In this document: positions 50,526-60,967 of the stretch, in pieces | Position numbering within the stretch: the first letter of the stretch is position 1 | Layout: every line of letters begins with the position of its first letter | NCBI GenBank assembly: GCA_048938025.1 | Contig: JBHLMP010000001.1 | Span: forward strand, 32,001-96,000 | DNA length: 64,000 nt | From: Promethearchaeota archaeon | GTDB lineage: Archaea; Asgardarchaeota; Lokiarchaeia; Sigyniarchaeales; SOKP01 | Direction of reading: 5' to 3' | Translations under genes and position numbers: made by a program | Notes under the pieces: model-generated | Database searches by the model: none | What the model saw: the letters and a program-made list of their open reading frames with translations, nothing else | What the model was told of the DNA's origin: nothing

Positions 50526-51254
50526 TTAAAATTTTACTTCTGGGAAAACACGAATCTGTAGAAAAGATAAAATCATAACGATAGCGTTGAAAACAATTAT
50601 AATTAAAATCATGATTATTAAAATCCTATTTTTTCTAGAATACTTTGGTTTTATAATTTGAGATGTTCCATGTTTTGCTAAAGCTAAAGGAAACAAACCT
50701 ATAAACGTACCTAGTGAAAAATAAAAAACAATAAAAAGGCCATCAATAAATCCAAAATCGGCACTTAATGAATATTGCAAAGCCTGAGAATAAATGATCA
50801 ACTCAAAAATACATGGAGCAAATCCAGCTAAGATTCCAAAAAGATATGGGGTTTTCTTTTTTTCCCAATCAAACTGAAAAATCTCATCTATGTGTTTTGA
50901 ATGAGGTAGATAATCTCTTCTCATAATAAAAAATAATAAAATAAATCCTGCAAACATCGAGGTAACTGCTCCAAAAAAATTAATTGTATAAACATCAGGA
51001 ATTATATCAGGAACAAAAATTTTTGGAATAAGAGTAATAGAAATTGTTATTGTCGCTATTATTAAATTGGAGGACATCAAACCTAACCCATACAACACTA
51101 ATATGAATACACTTCTTTTGGGTGTTTTTGATATACCAAATGACCAAAAAAAGAAAATTGCCTTATCTTCACATGGTATAAAAGTATGCAATATTCCTAA
51201 AAGGAATGCAGGTGTAAAAACTAAGATTAATGGAGGCGGATAAAATTCAAACAT
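50526..51254 (-). CDS. Membrane protein, DsbD_2/UreH/NicO-like (LysE superfamily)
   Basis: LLGILHTFIPCED and GILAGFAPC motifs; about 6 TM. Confidence 0.65.
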   Translation of the reverse strand: MFEFYPPPLILVFTPAFLLGILHTFIPCEDKAIFFFWSFGISKTPKRSVFILVLYGLGLMSSNLIIATITISITLIPKIFVPDIIPDVYTINFFGAVTSMFAGFILLFFIMRRDYLPHSKHIDEIFQFDWEKKKTPYLFGILAGFAPCIFELIIYSQALQYSLSADFGFIDGLFIVFYFSLGTFIGLFPLALAKHGTSQIIKPKYSRKNRILIIMILIIIVFNAIVMILSFLQIRVFPEVKF

Positions 51255-51373
51255 TTCTCTTATGAAGATTCAATTTTTCAATTATTATAGCATTTTCTTT
51301 TCTGTGAATATATTTTCAATGATCATATTTAGAATTTTTTATTATATTAAAAGGAACTTCATAATCACAACTC

Positions 51374-52645
51374 TCAATCTCTTTTTAAGCATTGTTTACT
51401 TATTCCATAAAATATTAAAATTAGGAAAAAAGTAGGGACAAAATTAATTGGAAACCAATCTTGAATAAGAAACCATATTCCCATAAAAGTCAAATCAAAA
51501 AAAATTAAGAAAAAGAAACTAGGTTTAATAAAATTTTTTGTTATTTCAGAATGTCGTGGTAAGTTAAATATTATTATAATTAAGATTGGCGTTAGAATTA
51601 AGAGATGATGATCCCAGGAATCAAAATAAGCAATAAGCATAATTAAAATGCCAAAAGAATATCCAAAAATTAAATTTTCAGAATTTGATTTACCAAAAAT
51701 ATAAATAAAGAAACCTAATCCTCCTGTAATCAATAAAACACTTAAAAATATAAATAATTGATAATTTAATAGTTGTTCCTCTGAAAAACCAAATAAAAAT
51801 AAGAGATTTTCTATAATTTTTGTAGCACTAAAAGAATGATTTATGTAAACTGTATCCTCTCCGGTAAAATTAATTGCTATAAAGCCTTTTAATAGGGAAG
51901 GATAGATTAAAAATATAAAAAGATTTAGAGATAAGGGCAATAAAACGCCTAAAATACGTATTAATGTATTTAAAAAATTGATATTCAAATTCTTTTTTTT
52001 AAAATCATAATTGATCGCAATTAGGAATGGAATCATAAAAATAGTTATTGGCTTTACAATTATACTAATTCCAAGAATTAAACTTGCGATAAATTGCCAT
52101 TTAATTTGATCATATTTGAGGTAAATCAGAAGAGATAATAATATTAAAAGTGTAATATAGAGATTGATTTGACCTAAAATATAATTAAAAAGATTAGGTA
52201 CACTCATTAAAAATAAGCTAATATATAATATAACTCTTTTATCATCAATTTCATGATCTTCACCCCTAATTAAAATAATTATTTTATAAAGGATAATACA
52301 GATTAAGATATTTAGAAGTAAATTAACTAAATTGAAAAATACGAACCCTAAGTCAAAACCAAGTAGATAAAAAGGAATAAATAGGACAGCAGATAATGGA
52401 AAATACCGAAATGGCCAAGTACTATAATTTGTTCGATCATAAAGGCCATTAATATCATTTATAAATACTTTCCCAACTGTATAATAAACTCGAAAATCAT
52501 TTCTATCTCTAAAGAAAATTAACGTTAAGATCAATGCCAATATAAAATAAGATATATGAACTACTAAAGCATATTTAAATATCTTATATTGCCATAATTC
52601 TTTAAATCTTTTTTTAATTTTAATTAAAAATGGCTTCAAATTCAT
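51374..52645 (-). CDS. GT87 (DUF2029) GT-C glycosyltransferase
   Basis: NDFRVYY, FRYFP, GQIN, IVKP, SWDHH. Confidence 0.85.
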   Translation of the reverse strand: MNLKPFLIKIKKRFKELWQYKIFKYALVVHISYFILALILTLIFFRDRNDFRVYYTVGKVFINDINGLYDRTNYSTWPFRYFPLSAVLFIPFYLLGFDLGFVFFNLVNLLLNILICIILYKIIILIRGEDHEIDDKRVILYISLFLMSVPNLFNYILGQINLYITLLILLSLLIYLKYDQIKWQFIASLILGISIIVKPITIFMIPFLIAINYDFKKKNLNINFLNTLIRILGVLLPLSLNLFIFLIYPSLLKGFIAINFTGEDTVYINHSFSATKIIENLLFLFGFSEEQLLNYQLFIFLSVLLITGGLGFFIYIFGKSNSENLIFGYSFGILIMLIAYFDSWDHHLLILTPILIIIIFNLPRHSEITKNFIKPSFFFLIFFDLTFMGIWFLIQDWFPINFVPTFFLILIFYGISKQCLKRD

Positions 52646-52666
52646 GCTATACTTATCAGATATTAA

Positions 52667-53419
52667 TTATAAGTTAATCTTCATTCTTCTTTTTCTTATG
52701 ATATAAAATATAATACCAAGAGAAAATATAACTGCTAAAATTATTAATGTTGGAATTACATACCAAGGCAAGTAATCAAGGGAAATGTCAAGTACTACCT
52801 CATTATCCTTAATATATAGTTTATAGGAATTTAACGCTCCATTATCATTATAAATAGCAATAATTTTAATATTTTTAGTTGGATTTCCTGGTAATATCTC
52901 ATTCTTTCCTATTTCTACATTTAATGTGGGTAATACCCTATTATCAACATTATACCATTTATATAGATTTAATCCTCCCATATATTCACCTACAGGTGTA
53001 GGAAACCAGAATGGTACTAAGGATTTATAATTTGAGAAATTTAATACTCCAGAGTAATCCTTTGGATTAGAACGATAAACTATTGTAGAATTACTATCGT
53101 TAATTCCCCAGTCTACTTCATTTGTCCACTTCCAAATACTAAATTCTATTTTTATATGCGTTTCATTAACCTCTGATTTATTTATCTCCCACTTCATTTT
53201 TGTACCTTTACTTATATTTTCAAATATACCTGGGTCATCCCATTCCATACCAAAAATAGCATCCATCTCAGATCTTTTACATACATTACATTTCCATACT
53301 AATTTATCATCTATTCCTATTCCAGTGCTAAATTTGGCAGCATTTACCATAGATATATTTGTTGTCATGCACGATAAAATTATTAATATTAAGCAGATGA
53401 GAGGCAATCTTGGTTTCAA
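52667..53419 (-). CDS. Secreted protein with C-terminal TM anchor
   Basis: Signal-like N-terminus, several N-x-S/T sequons, C-terminal TM plus basic tail. Confidence 0.7.
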   Translation of the reverse strand: MKPRLPLICLILIILSCMTTNISMVNAAKFSTGIGIDDKLVWKCNVCKRSEMDAIFGMEWDDPGIFENISKGTKMKWEINKSEVNETHIKIEFSIWKWTNEVDWGINDSNSTIVYRSNPKDYSGVLNFSNYKSLVPFWFPTPVGEYMGGLNLYKWYNVDNRVLPTLNVEIGKNEILPGNPTKNIKIIAIYNDNGALNSYKLYIKDNEVVLDISLDYLPWYVIPTLIILAVIFSLGIIFYIIRKRRMKINL

Positions 53420-53422
53420 AAT

Positions 53423-54688
53423 TTAAAATCCTCCCTTTATATCAATATTTAAACTATCTCTTTTCTTTGCCAAACATGCTTTACTTATTCCATAGAAAGT
53501 TATTAACAAAAAAATAGTACATTCAAAATTATATGGAAATAATGGATATGTAAGATACCATATTCCAACGAAAGCTAAATCAAAAAAACTAAAGAAGAAA
53601 AAACCAGGTTTAATAGAGTTAGTAATATGTGAATGTCTAGGTAAATTAAAAATAATTATTATTAATATTGGTGTTAAATTTAGAAGGTGATGATCCCAGG
53701 AATCAAAATACGAAAGTAACATAATTAAAATAGCAAATGCATAACCATAAATAATTGAATTTTCGTCAAATCTTCTAAATATGAAAATTAGGAAACCTAA
53801 TGCACCTAAAAATCCAATAATGCTTATTAGTATGATTAATTGACTAAATGGGATGTTGTAAAAATAGCAAAAATTAGTTATAAGTTTGGAAATACTATAT
53901 GAGAAATTTAAGGCTATAGGATTACTTCCTGTAAAGTTAGTTTCTAAAAAGCCTTTCCATGATTTTGGGTATATAAAAAAAACTATAAAATTCAATGACA
54001 GTGGTAATAATACACCTAATAATCTTACCGTACTTTTAATAAAATCAAACCGAAACTGTTTTTTGTTTAAATCAAAACTAAATATAATTAAAAATGGAAT
54101 TAAGAAAAATGCTGTAGGTTTTATAATAATACTGATTCCTAAAATAACACTTCCTATAAATTGCCACTTAATACTTTTAAATTTAATAAAAATATAAAGA
54201 GATATTAATATAAATAAGGTTATATATAAATTTATTTGACCATAGATATAATTTAAGACATGTGGTAAGCTCATTAAATACAAACTAATATATAAAATAA
54301 CCCTTTTATCATCTTTTTCATGATCCTCATTTCTAATGATCATTATGATTTTGTAAAGGACTATACAAATCAAAATATTTAGGAATAGATTAAATAGATT
54401 AAAAATTATGAAACTAACTTTAAAATCTAAAAAGCCAAAAGGAATAAAAAATAGTGCGGAAAGTGGAAAATAACGAAAATCCCATAAATAATTCGATTGA
54501 TTATACAAATTTTCAGTATCATTCAGAAATATTTCTCCAGCTCTATAGAAGATCACAAAATCATTTTTTTCTTGAAAAAACATAAAAAATAAAATAATTG
54601 ACAGAATGAAATAAAAACTATGAAGTACAATAGCATATCGGAAAATATTATACTTACAAAGCTCTTTAATTCTATTTAATATTTTCAA
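53423..54688 (-). CDS. GT87 (DUF2029) GT-C glycosyltransferase (paralog)
   Basis: NDFVIFY, FRYFP, GQIN, IIKP, SWDHH; closely similar to 51374-52645. Confidence 0.85.
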   Translation of the reverse strand: MKILNRIKELCKYNIFRYAIVLHSFYFILSIILFFMFFQEKNDFVIFYRAGEIFLNDTENLYNQSNYLWDFRYFPLSALFFIPFGFLDFKVSFIIFNLFNLFLNILICIVLYKIIMIIRNEDHEKDDKRVILYISLYLMSLPHVLNYIYGQINLYITLFILISLYIFIKFKSIKWQFIGSVILGISIIIKPTAFFLIPFLIIFSFDLNKKQFRFDFIKSTVRLLGVLLPLSLNFIVFFIYPKSWKGFLETNFTGSNPIALNFSYSISKLITNFCYFYNIPFSQLIILISIIGFLGALGFLIFIFRRFDENSIIYGYAFAILIMLLSYFDSWDHHLLNLTPILIIIIFNLPRHSHITNSIKPGFFFFSFFDLAFVGIWYLTYPLFPYNFECTIFLLITFYGISKACLAKKRDSLNIDIKGGF

Positions 54689-54773
54689 ATTAACAAATAT
54701 TTATTTTGATTTTAAATTCTTAAATTAAATTATTAAAATAAAATTATATGATTTCAAATAACTGTTGATATAA

Positions 54774-56201
54774 ATGTCTTTTGTAAGAAAAAATGATGAT
54801 GATAAAAAAACATCTTTCGGAGTAATTGTAGGAAATAGGGATGTCTTTCCTGATAATCTTGCTAAAGAAGGAAGATTAGAAATTATTGAAATTTTAACTG
54901 AATTGGGTTATGATTATTTAATTTCAAGTGAAAATGATACACAATATGGAGTTGTAGAGACATTTTCAGATGCAAAAAAGTGTGCTGACTTGTTTAAAAG
55001 AAATAGAGATAAAATAATTGGTATTTTGGTAATTTTACCTAATTTTGGAGATGAAAAAGGTATTGCGAATGCTATAAAATTATCAGAACTTGATGTTCCA
55101 ATCCTAATACAGGCATCATCAGACGATATAAACAAAATGGACAGGTCTTCTAGAAGAGATGCTTTTTGCGGGAAGATTTCAGTAACGAGTGTGTTATATC
55201 AATATGGAATTCCTTTCACTCTTACTACAAATCATACATGTGCAATTAAATCGGATGAATTTAAGAAGGATTTAATACGATTTGAGAAAATTTGTAAGGT
55301 TGTTAGGAAAATCAGGAAGGCTAGATTTGGACAGATCGGTACTCGACCTAATGCATTTGAAACTGTGAGATATAGTGAAAAAATTCTTGAGTTTAATGGA
55401 ATTTCTATCGAATCTATCGATTTATCTGAAATTTTAGCAGCAATTCAACAATTAAAAGATGATGATCCAAAAATCAAAGAGAAAATTGAATTTATCAAAA
55501 ATTATACTCCCACTAAAGAATTCCCAGGGGATGGATTATTAAAATTAGCTAAATTAGCTGTGATCGTTGAAATTTGGGTGGCAGAAAATGAATTGGATGG
55601 ATTTGCATTCCAATGTTGGCCCTCGATTCAAGATAATTTTGGTATTGTACCATGCGCAGTGATGAGTATGTTTAGTGAGTCTTTAGTACCTGCTGCTTGT
55701 GAAGTAGATATTTCGGGATTAATTGGCATGTATATATTGCAAGTAGCTTCCGACACACCCTCAGCAATTCTAGATTGGAACAACAATTATGGGGATGATC
55801 CAAATAAAATGGTACTTTTCCATTGTAGTAACCTTCCTAAATCATTCTTTAAAGATACTAAAATGACAATACATCCTATAATTGGAGATGATAAACCTGA
55901 TTCAAGTTTTGGTGCAATTCAAGGAAGAATTAAAACTAACTCATGTACTCTTTTAAGAATAGAAACGGATGATATATATGGAGAGATTAAAGCATTGTTA
56001 GTTGAAGGGAATTATACAGATGATCCTTTAGATACATTTGGTGGATTTGGAGTTATTAACATTCCTAATTTACAAGATATTCTTAAAACTTTATGCAGAG
56101 AGGGATTTGCCCATCATATTGCAGTAACTCTAAATGAAGTAGCAGAAATTGTCAATGAAGCTCTCAATCATTATTTGGGATGGAATATAATTCGATATTA
56201 A
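54774..56201 (+). CDS. L-fucose/L-arabinose isomerase family protein
   Basis: LPNFGDE, RRDAFCGKIS, QCWP, ACEVD, FHCSNLP, GFAHH. Confidence 0.88.
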   Translation: MSFVRKNDDDKKTSFGVIVGNRDVFPDNLAKEGRLEIIEILTELGYDYLISSENDTQYGVVETFSDAKKCADLFKRNRDKIIGILVILPNFGDEKGIANAIKLSELDVPILIQASSDDINKMDRSSRRDAFCGKISVTSVLYQYGIPFTLTTNHTCAIKSDEFKKDLIRFEKICKVVRKIRKARFGQIGTRPNAFETVRYSEKILEFNGISIESIDLSEILAAIQQLKDDDPKIKEKIEFIKNYTPTKEFPGDGLLKLAKLAVIVEIWVAENELDGFAFQCWPSIQDNFGIVPCAVMSMFSESLVPAACEVDISGLIGMYILQVASDTPSAILDWNNNYGDDPNKMVLFHCSNLPKSFFKDTKMTIHPIIGDDKPDSSFGAIQGRIKTNSCTLLRIETDDIYGEIKALLVEGNYTDDPLDTFGGFGVINIPNLQDILKTLCREGFAHHIAVTLNEVAEIVNEALNHYLGWNIIRY

Positions 56202-56206
56202 TATAT

Positions 56207-57313
56207 TTATTTTTTCCTTTTAACTTTTAGCTCTTTTTCAAAAAAACCAGAGTTAATAATTTTTTGGTGCTCTTCAGTAAAATTTGTTAGAATTTCAAAT
56301 CCCTTTATATTTACAGGAGTATTACTAATTTTATTATGGAAATTAAGAATTCTCCTTCTTGATAAATAAATAGAATATGCAGAAATATCGCACCCTATCC
56401 ACTTTCGATTTAGCTTATCAGCAACTAATAATGTAGTTCCAGAACCACAATAAAAGTCTGCAATCAAGTCTTCTTCATTAGAACCTAATTTAATTATTCT
56501 TTCTAGTAATTTATGGTGTTTCTGAGTCGGAAAACCACTCCATTCTTTTGAAGCGGGTTGCATACAAGGAATTCTCCACACATCATCCACTTTTTTATCG
56601 GTTACAATTCGATATTTTACATGTCCATTTTTATCTTTAACGTTTTTCAAAACTCCGTTTATCATTTCTCTCTTTAATTGTTTTTTTGGTTTTTTGCGAG
56701 GAATTCTTAGCTTATTAAATGTATATTTATTAGATTTGGAATATACTAATATATCATCGTGTGCACGAGGGAGGTTTCTTTTCCCTGCTGAATATTTATT
56801 ATAATAATACCAAATAATATTATTTATAAACCTCTCTTCTCCAAAAATTTCATCCAAGATTAATTTAACATAATGGCTTGCATGCCAATCCAAATGAATG
56901 AATAGTAAACCCGTTTGAGATAATAAATCTTTAAAAAGAATTATCCTCTCATAAAGCATTTGCAAATATGAATCTAAATTCTTCTCCCAATGATCGAAGT
57001 ATGCTATAGTATTATAAACATTATCATTATCTTTAATTTTAATCTGATAATTAGTGCCTGAAAAGAAAGGAGGATCTATATAGATCAAATCTACTTTACC
57101 TTTGAAGTTATTTAATAAATGATATAAAACTTCCATATTATTCCCCCAAAATAATTTGTTTCTCCAGTCTTTCTTATGTAAATTATTTTGGATTTTTTGT
57201 TCATTAACTTCAGGGTGAACTTCAAAAATTTTATAATAATTCAGAAGTCTATTTTTTAATTCTTTCAGTTTGACTGATTTTTCCGATTTTCCCTCCCAAA
57301 TTAATTTTACCAT
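56207..57313 (-). CDS. N6-adenine/N4-cytosine DNA methyltransferase (beta class), orphan
   Basis: IYIDPPF precedes FPTQK and DFYCGSGTT; no restriction gene adjacent. Confidence 0.9.
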   Translation of the reverse strand: MVKLIWEGKSEKSVKLKELKNRLLNYYKIFEVHPEVNEQKIQNNLHKKDWRNKLFWGNNMEVLYHLLNNFKGKVDLIYIDPPFFSGTNYQIKIKDNDNVYNTIAYFDHWEKNLDSYLQMLYERIILFKDLLSQTGLLFIHLDWHASHYVKLILDEIFGEERFINNIIWYYYNKYSAGKRNLPRAHDDILVYSKSNKYTFNKLRIPRKKPKKQLKREMINGVLKNVKDKNGHVKYRIVTDKKVDDVWRIPCMQPASKEWSGFPTQKHHKLLERIIKLGSNEEDLIADFYCGSGTTLLVADKLNRKWIGCDISAYSIYLSRRRILNFHNKISNTPVNIKGFEILTNFTEEHQKIINSGFFEKELKVKRKK

Positions 57314-57457
57314 TTCTTTATCAAACTATATTTATATTTAGAATTTATTTTTAAATTATATTGTAAATAAATCAGTTATTATAAAGTCTATATTAAAATT
57401 TTTATGATGTTGTTTCTGATTTATTAAAATTAGAAAAAAACGAATTTAAAAGTACAA

Positions 57458-58135
57458 TTACTCAAGATTTGTTCTTTCCAATAAATCCTCAAATTCTTTA
57501 TCTGAAAGGAATCCTTTATGCATCAAAATATCTTTAATTTCGTCCATGAGTTGAGGAGCTCCTTTAGCTTCAAAGATTGTTTCTTCAAGTGCTTTTATCT
57601 TATCATTAAGCGCTTCAACTTCTTTTACTTTTAAATCTTTTTCATCCTTGAGGCTTTCCACCTCTACATATTTATCTGAAATTGATTTTTGTAAATCCTT
57701 TTTAAGACTTTCAATCTCATTATTTTTTTGCTCTAGTTCTGCTCGAAGATCATTTTTTTCATCTTCTAAAGTCTCTATTTTTTCAGATAATTTCTCTAAT
57801 TCTGTAATTTTTGAATTCGCTTCAGATAATTTTTCCTCCATTTCACTTATCGAAGATTTGAATTTATTGGTTTCGGCATCTACATAAAGTTTTTCTTCCT
57901 TGATTCTCTCAAATTTTTTTTTCATTTCATCTAATTCGTCAATTTTTTTCTCTGCTTCTAATAATTGTCCTTTGGTGGTTCTTAAATCTTCTGTTGTATT
58001 ATCTAGGTCTTTTCTTTTCTGAGTTAATTGTCTTTCTAAATCATTAATTTTTGATCTAAGGTCTAATAAAAATCTTCCCTCCACTTTTTGTTTTGCTTCG
58101 GGTTTTTCCTTTGCTTTAGCCCAATCAAAAGAAAT
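57458..58135 (-). CDS. Coiled-coil protein (paralog A), proposed ATT start
   Basis: In-frame extension (M)SFDWAKAKEKPEAKQKVEGRFLLDLR; GAGGTGA 7 nt upstream; C-terminal HKGFLSDKEFE. Confidence 0.75.
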   Translation of the reverse strand: MSFDWAKAKEKPEAKQKVEGRFLLDLRSKINDLERQLTQKRKDLDNTTEDLRTTKGQLLEAEKKIDELDEMKKKFERIKEEKLYVDAETNKFKSSISEMEEKLSEANSKITELEKLSEKIETLEDEKNDLRAELEQKNNEIESLKKDLQKSISDKYVEVESLKDEKDLKVKEVEALNDKIKALEETIFEAKGAPQLMDEIKDILMHKGFLSDKEFEDLLERTNLE

Positions 58136-58283
58136 TTCAATTTCACCTCTATTCTGATATAAATTTTATTTATTTTGTATTAGTATATATTTAATTTCTT
58201 TAGATTTATTATTTATAAAAATTTTATTAAATTATTTGAACTAAAAAATAACTATAATAATAAAAAATATGTTTCAAATAAGG

Positions 58284-58949
58284 TTAATCTTTTAAATCTT
58301 TTATTAATTGTTCAAGCTCCTTATCAGTTATAAATCCTTTATGTTCCAATACTTCTCTAATTTTTATCATAATTCTTGGTGACGTTTTAGCTTCCAAAAA
58401 TTGAATTTCAAGAGAATTGATCCTATTAATGAGCTCATTATTTTTATTATTTTTCGCTTCTAAGTTACTTTTAAGGCTTTCTAATTCTATATCTTTTCGT
58501 TTTAAATCATTTTTGAGATTTTGAACTTCCTTTTCTTTAAAATTGATTTTTTGTTCTATTTCAGATGCTTTTTCAGAGGTGAAATTTAATTGGCTCTCTA
58601 ATGTTGTAATTTTCGCTACTGCTTCAGTTAAATTTTTTTCTAACTCTGATTTATTTGATTTTAGCTTTGTTACTTCAATATCAGTATGAAGTTTTTCTTC
58701 TTGCACTTTATCTAAAGTCTTTTTTGCTGAAGATCTTCTTTCTGTTAGCTCAAGTAAACTTTTTTCACGACCAGCTAATTTTTCCCTAGTACTTTTCAGT
58801 TCATCATTTGCTTTTTCTAACTCCTTTATACTCTGGATTAATTTTTGTTCTAGATCATTAATTTTAGTTCTAAGGTCTAAAAGATATCTTCCCTCCACAG
58901 GGAATTTCTTATCAGGTCTCTCCTCAGCTTTTGCCCAATCTATACTAAT
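58284..58949 (-). CDS. Coiled-coil protein (paralog B), proposed ATT start
   Basis: In-frame extension (M)SIDWAKAEERPDKKFPVEGRYLLDLR; GAGGTGA 7 nt upstream; C-terminal HKGFITDKELE. Confidence 0.75.
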   Translation of the reverse strand: MSIDWAKAEERPDKKFPVEGRYLLDLRTKINDLEQKLIQSIKELEKANDELKSTREKLAGREKSLLELTERRSSAKKTLDKVQEEKLHTDIEVTKLKSNKSELEKNLTEAVAKITTLESQLNFTSEKASEIEQKINFKEKEVQNLKNDLKRKDIELESLKSNLEAKNNKNNELINRINSLEIQFLEAKTSPRIMIKIREVLEHKGFITDKELEQLIKDLKD

Positions 58950-59137
58950 TACTTTCTCACCTCATAATTTCTCTATACTAAATAGATCTATTATATATTA
59001 TTAAATTCGATCTCATATATTTTATATTTCTCTTTCTATATTAAAACTTTAAAAAATATTAATTTATTATAAAGACCAATTATATTAATATTATTTATTT
59101 GATATCTATAAGATAAATTTATTTTTACCTTCTTTTT

Positions 59138-59941
59138 ATGAACAAGATTTCTATCGGATGTGCTGGTTGGGATTATAAAGATTGGATCGGCCCATTTTAT
59201 CCTAAGAAACTTGAGAGACAAAATCATTTAGCTTATTATGCTAAATTTTTTCGGATTACTGAAGTTAACTCAACTTTTTATAATCTCCCCTCTATAGATA
59301 CTGTTAATAAATGGAATTCTCGAACTCCTCCAAATTTTCGTTTCATTGTTAAAATGTGGCAAAAAATAACTCATTACTTAAATGAACCAGCAGTGGTTTC
59401 TAGAATAAATGAATTTTTTTACCATATGGAGCCATTAAAAGCAAAGATAGTAGCATATCTACTACAATTTCCACCGTGGTTTGAATATTCAGAGAAGCAT
59501 TTAAATCAATTAAAACTTTTAATAAATGAGATCTCCTCTATATTTAACTTAATAATTGAACTACGACATAATTCTTGGTTAAAGTCAGAAATCCTTTCTG
59601 AATTTATTGATGGTACTCAAAAAATTCTGGGAACAACCTATATACCGAGTGTTTCTCCATTTTATATACCAAATCAAAAATATTATTATATTAGACTCAT
59701 TGGTGACCGGGAGCTAACGGTTTTTAACCGAATTCAGAGAGATCAAGAAGATGCTATAAGGCATCTTGAACAAAATATCCGGAAATTAAATGAAATGCCA
59801 AATATCTATGAAATATTTATTATTGTCAATAATCATTTTGCTGGATTTGCCCCTGAAACTGCTAATATACTAAAAAAAAGATTAGGTTTAGAATTTCATA
59901 ATTTCGACAAACAGAAAAAAATTTTTGACTATTTAACATAA
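59138..59941 (+). CDS. DUF72 family protein
   Basis: IGCAGWDYKDW.G.FYP, EVNSTFY, LLQFPP, ELRH.SW, NNH..G.AP. Confidence 0.92.
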   Translation: MNKISIGCAGWDYKDWIGPFYPKKLERQNHLAYYAKFFRITEVNSTFYNLPSIDTVNKWNSRTPPNFRFIVKMWQKITHYLNEPAVVSRINEFFYHMEPLKAKIVAYLLQFPPWFEYSEKHLNQLKLLINEISSIFNLIIELRHNSWLKSEILSEFIDGTQKILGTTYIPSVSPFYIPNQKYYYIRLIGDRELTVFNRIQRDQEDAIRHLEQNIRKLNEMPNIYEIFIIVNNHFAGFAPETANILKKRLGLEFHNFDKQKKIFDYLT

Positions 59942-60225
59942 TCTTTTTAAACTTCTTATAAACTCTTTTTTACTTTTGAATACTCTTATGAATAAAAAAG
60001 TTTTAAATATTGCAAGTTTGACTAATTTTTTATAGATATTATTGATAATTTAAAGAAAATAGGAGAAGATTGGAGATTAACAGTTCTAGTAGTATGGCTT
60101 TTAGTAGGAATAGCTATTATATTTTTTATAAATTAAAAATTCCGCATAGATTAATCGTTTAATAATTAGTTTTATTAAATCCTAATTCAAAAAGTGTCAT
60201 ACTTAATTGTATAATTGTATGTAAA

Positions 60226-60741
60226 ATGAGTAATAATACCAATGTTGAGGAATTATTTCTTGAAAAATTTGAGAAATTATCCTTAAAAGTCGAGCAATTA
60301 ACAAATGAAATTTCTAAAATGAAAGAGAAATTAGATAAAACCTATAAAGTTAATAGAATTTTTGGTCTGAAAACATTACGAAATTCAACGCCATTAGAAT
60401 TTGCTAAGGATGTATTTGGTATAGGGAGCCCAACTAAAAAATATCTTTTATCAATAAGAGCAATTACAGAAGAATGGAAAGGAAGGAAAAATGATTTTTT
60501 GATTTCAATAAGACAACAAGAAAAAGAAACTCATATGGATCTAAAAGCTCTCGGAATAAGGATTCCAATTAATGATATTAAAAACATCCGGCTTTTAACA
60601 AAACAGATCATTTCATTATTATACTTATCGTGTGAATTAAAAGGGCTTGCTTTTAATGAAATTTTAAGGGAAATATTGATTCAAGTAAACAATGAAGGAT
60701 ATAATATGGTACAGGAAATTAAACATAAAATGAACTTTTGA
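60226..60741 (+). CDS. Hypothetical protein
   Basis: 171-aa ORF with ATG, N-terminal coiled coil, fills the intergenic space. Confidence 0.6.
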   Translation: MSNNTNVEELFLEKFEKLSLKVEQLTNEISKMKEKLDKTYKVNRIFGLKTLRNSTPLEFAKDVFGIGSPTKKYLLSIRAITEEWKGRKNDFLISIRQQEKETHMDLKALGIRIPINDIKNIRLLTKQIISLLYLSCELKGLAFNEILREILIQVNNEGYNMVQEIKHKMNF

Positions 60742-60967
60742 TTCTTATATAGATCGTGAAACTTTTGTTTTACGAAATTTTCTATCTAAAAATAATAATT
60801 TTATAAGATAAAGATTAACTAATTGAAGTCTTTTTAGAAATAGATATTATTATTATAAAATTAAATTAATTTATAGAATATATAAATTATAATAACAAAA
60901 TATTAACTGTAAGGATAAAGACTTTAAACTAATTCAAGATTATTAAAATTCAAAGAAGGCTAATTAA

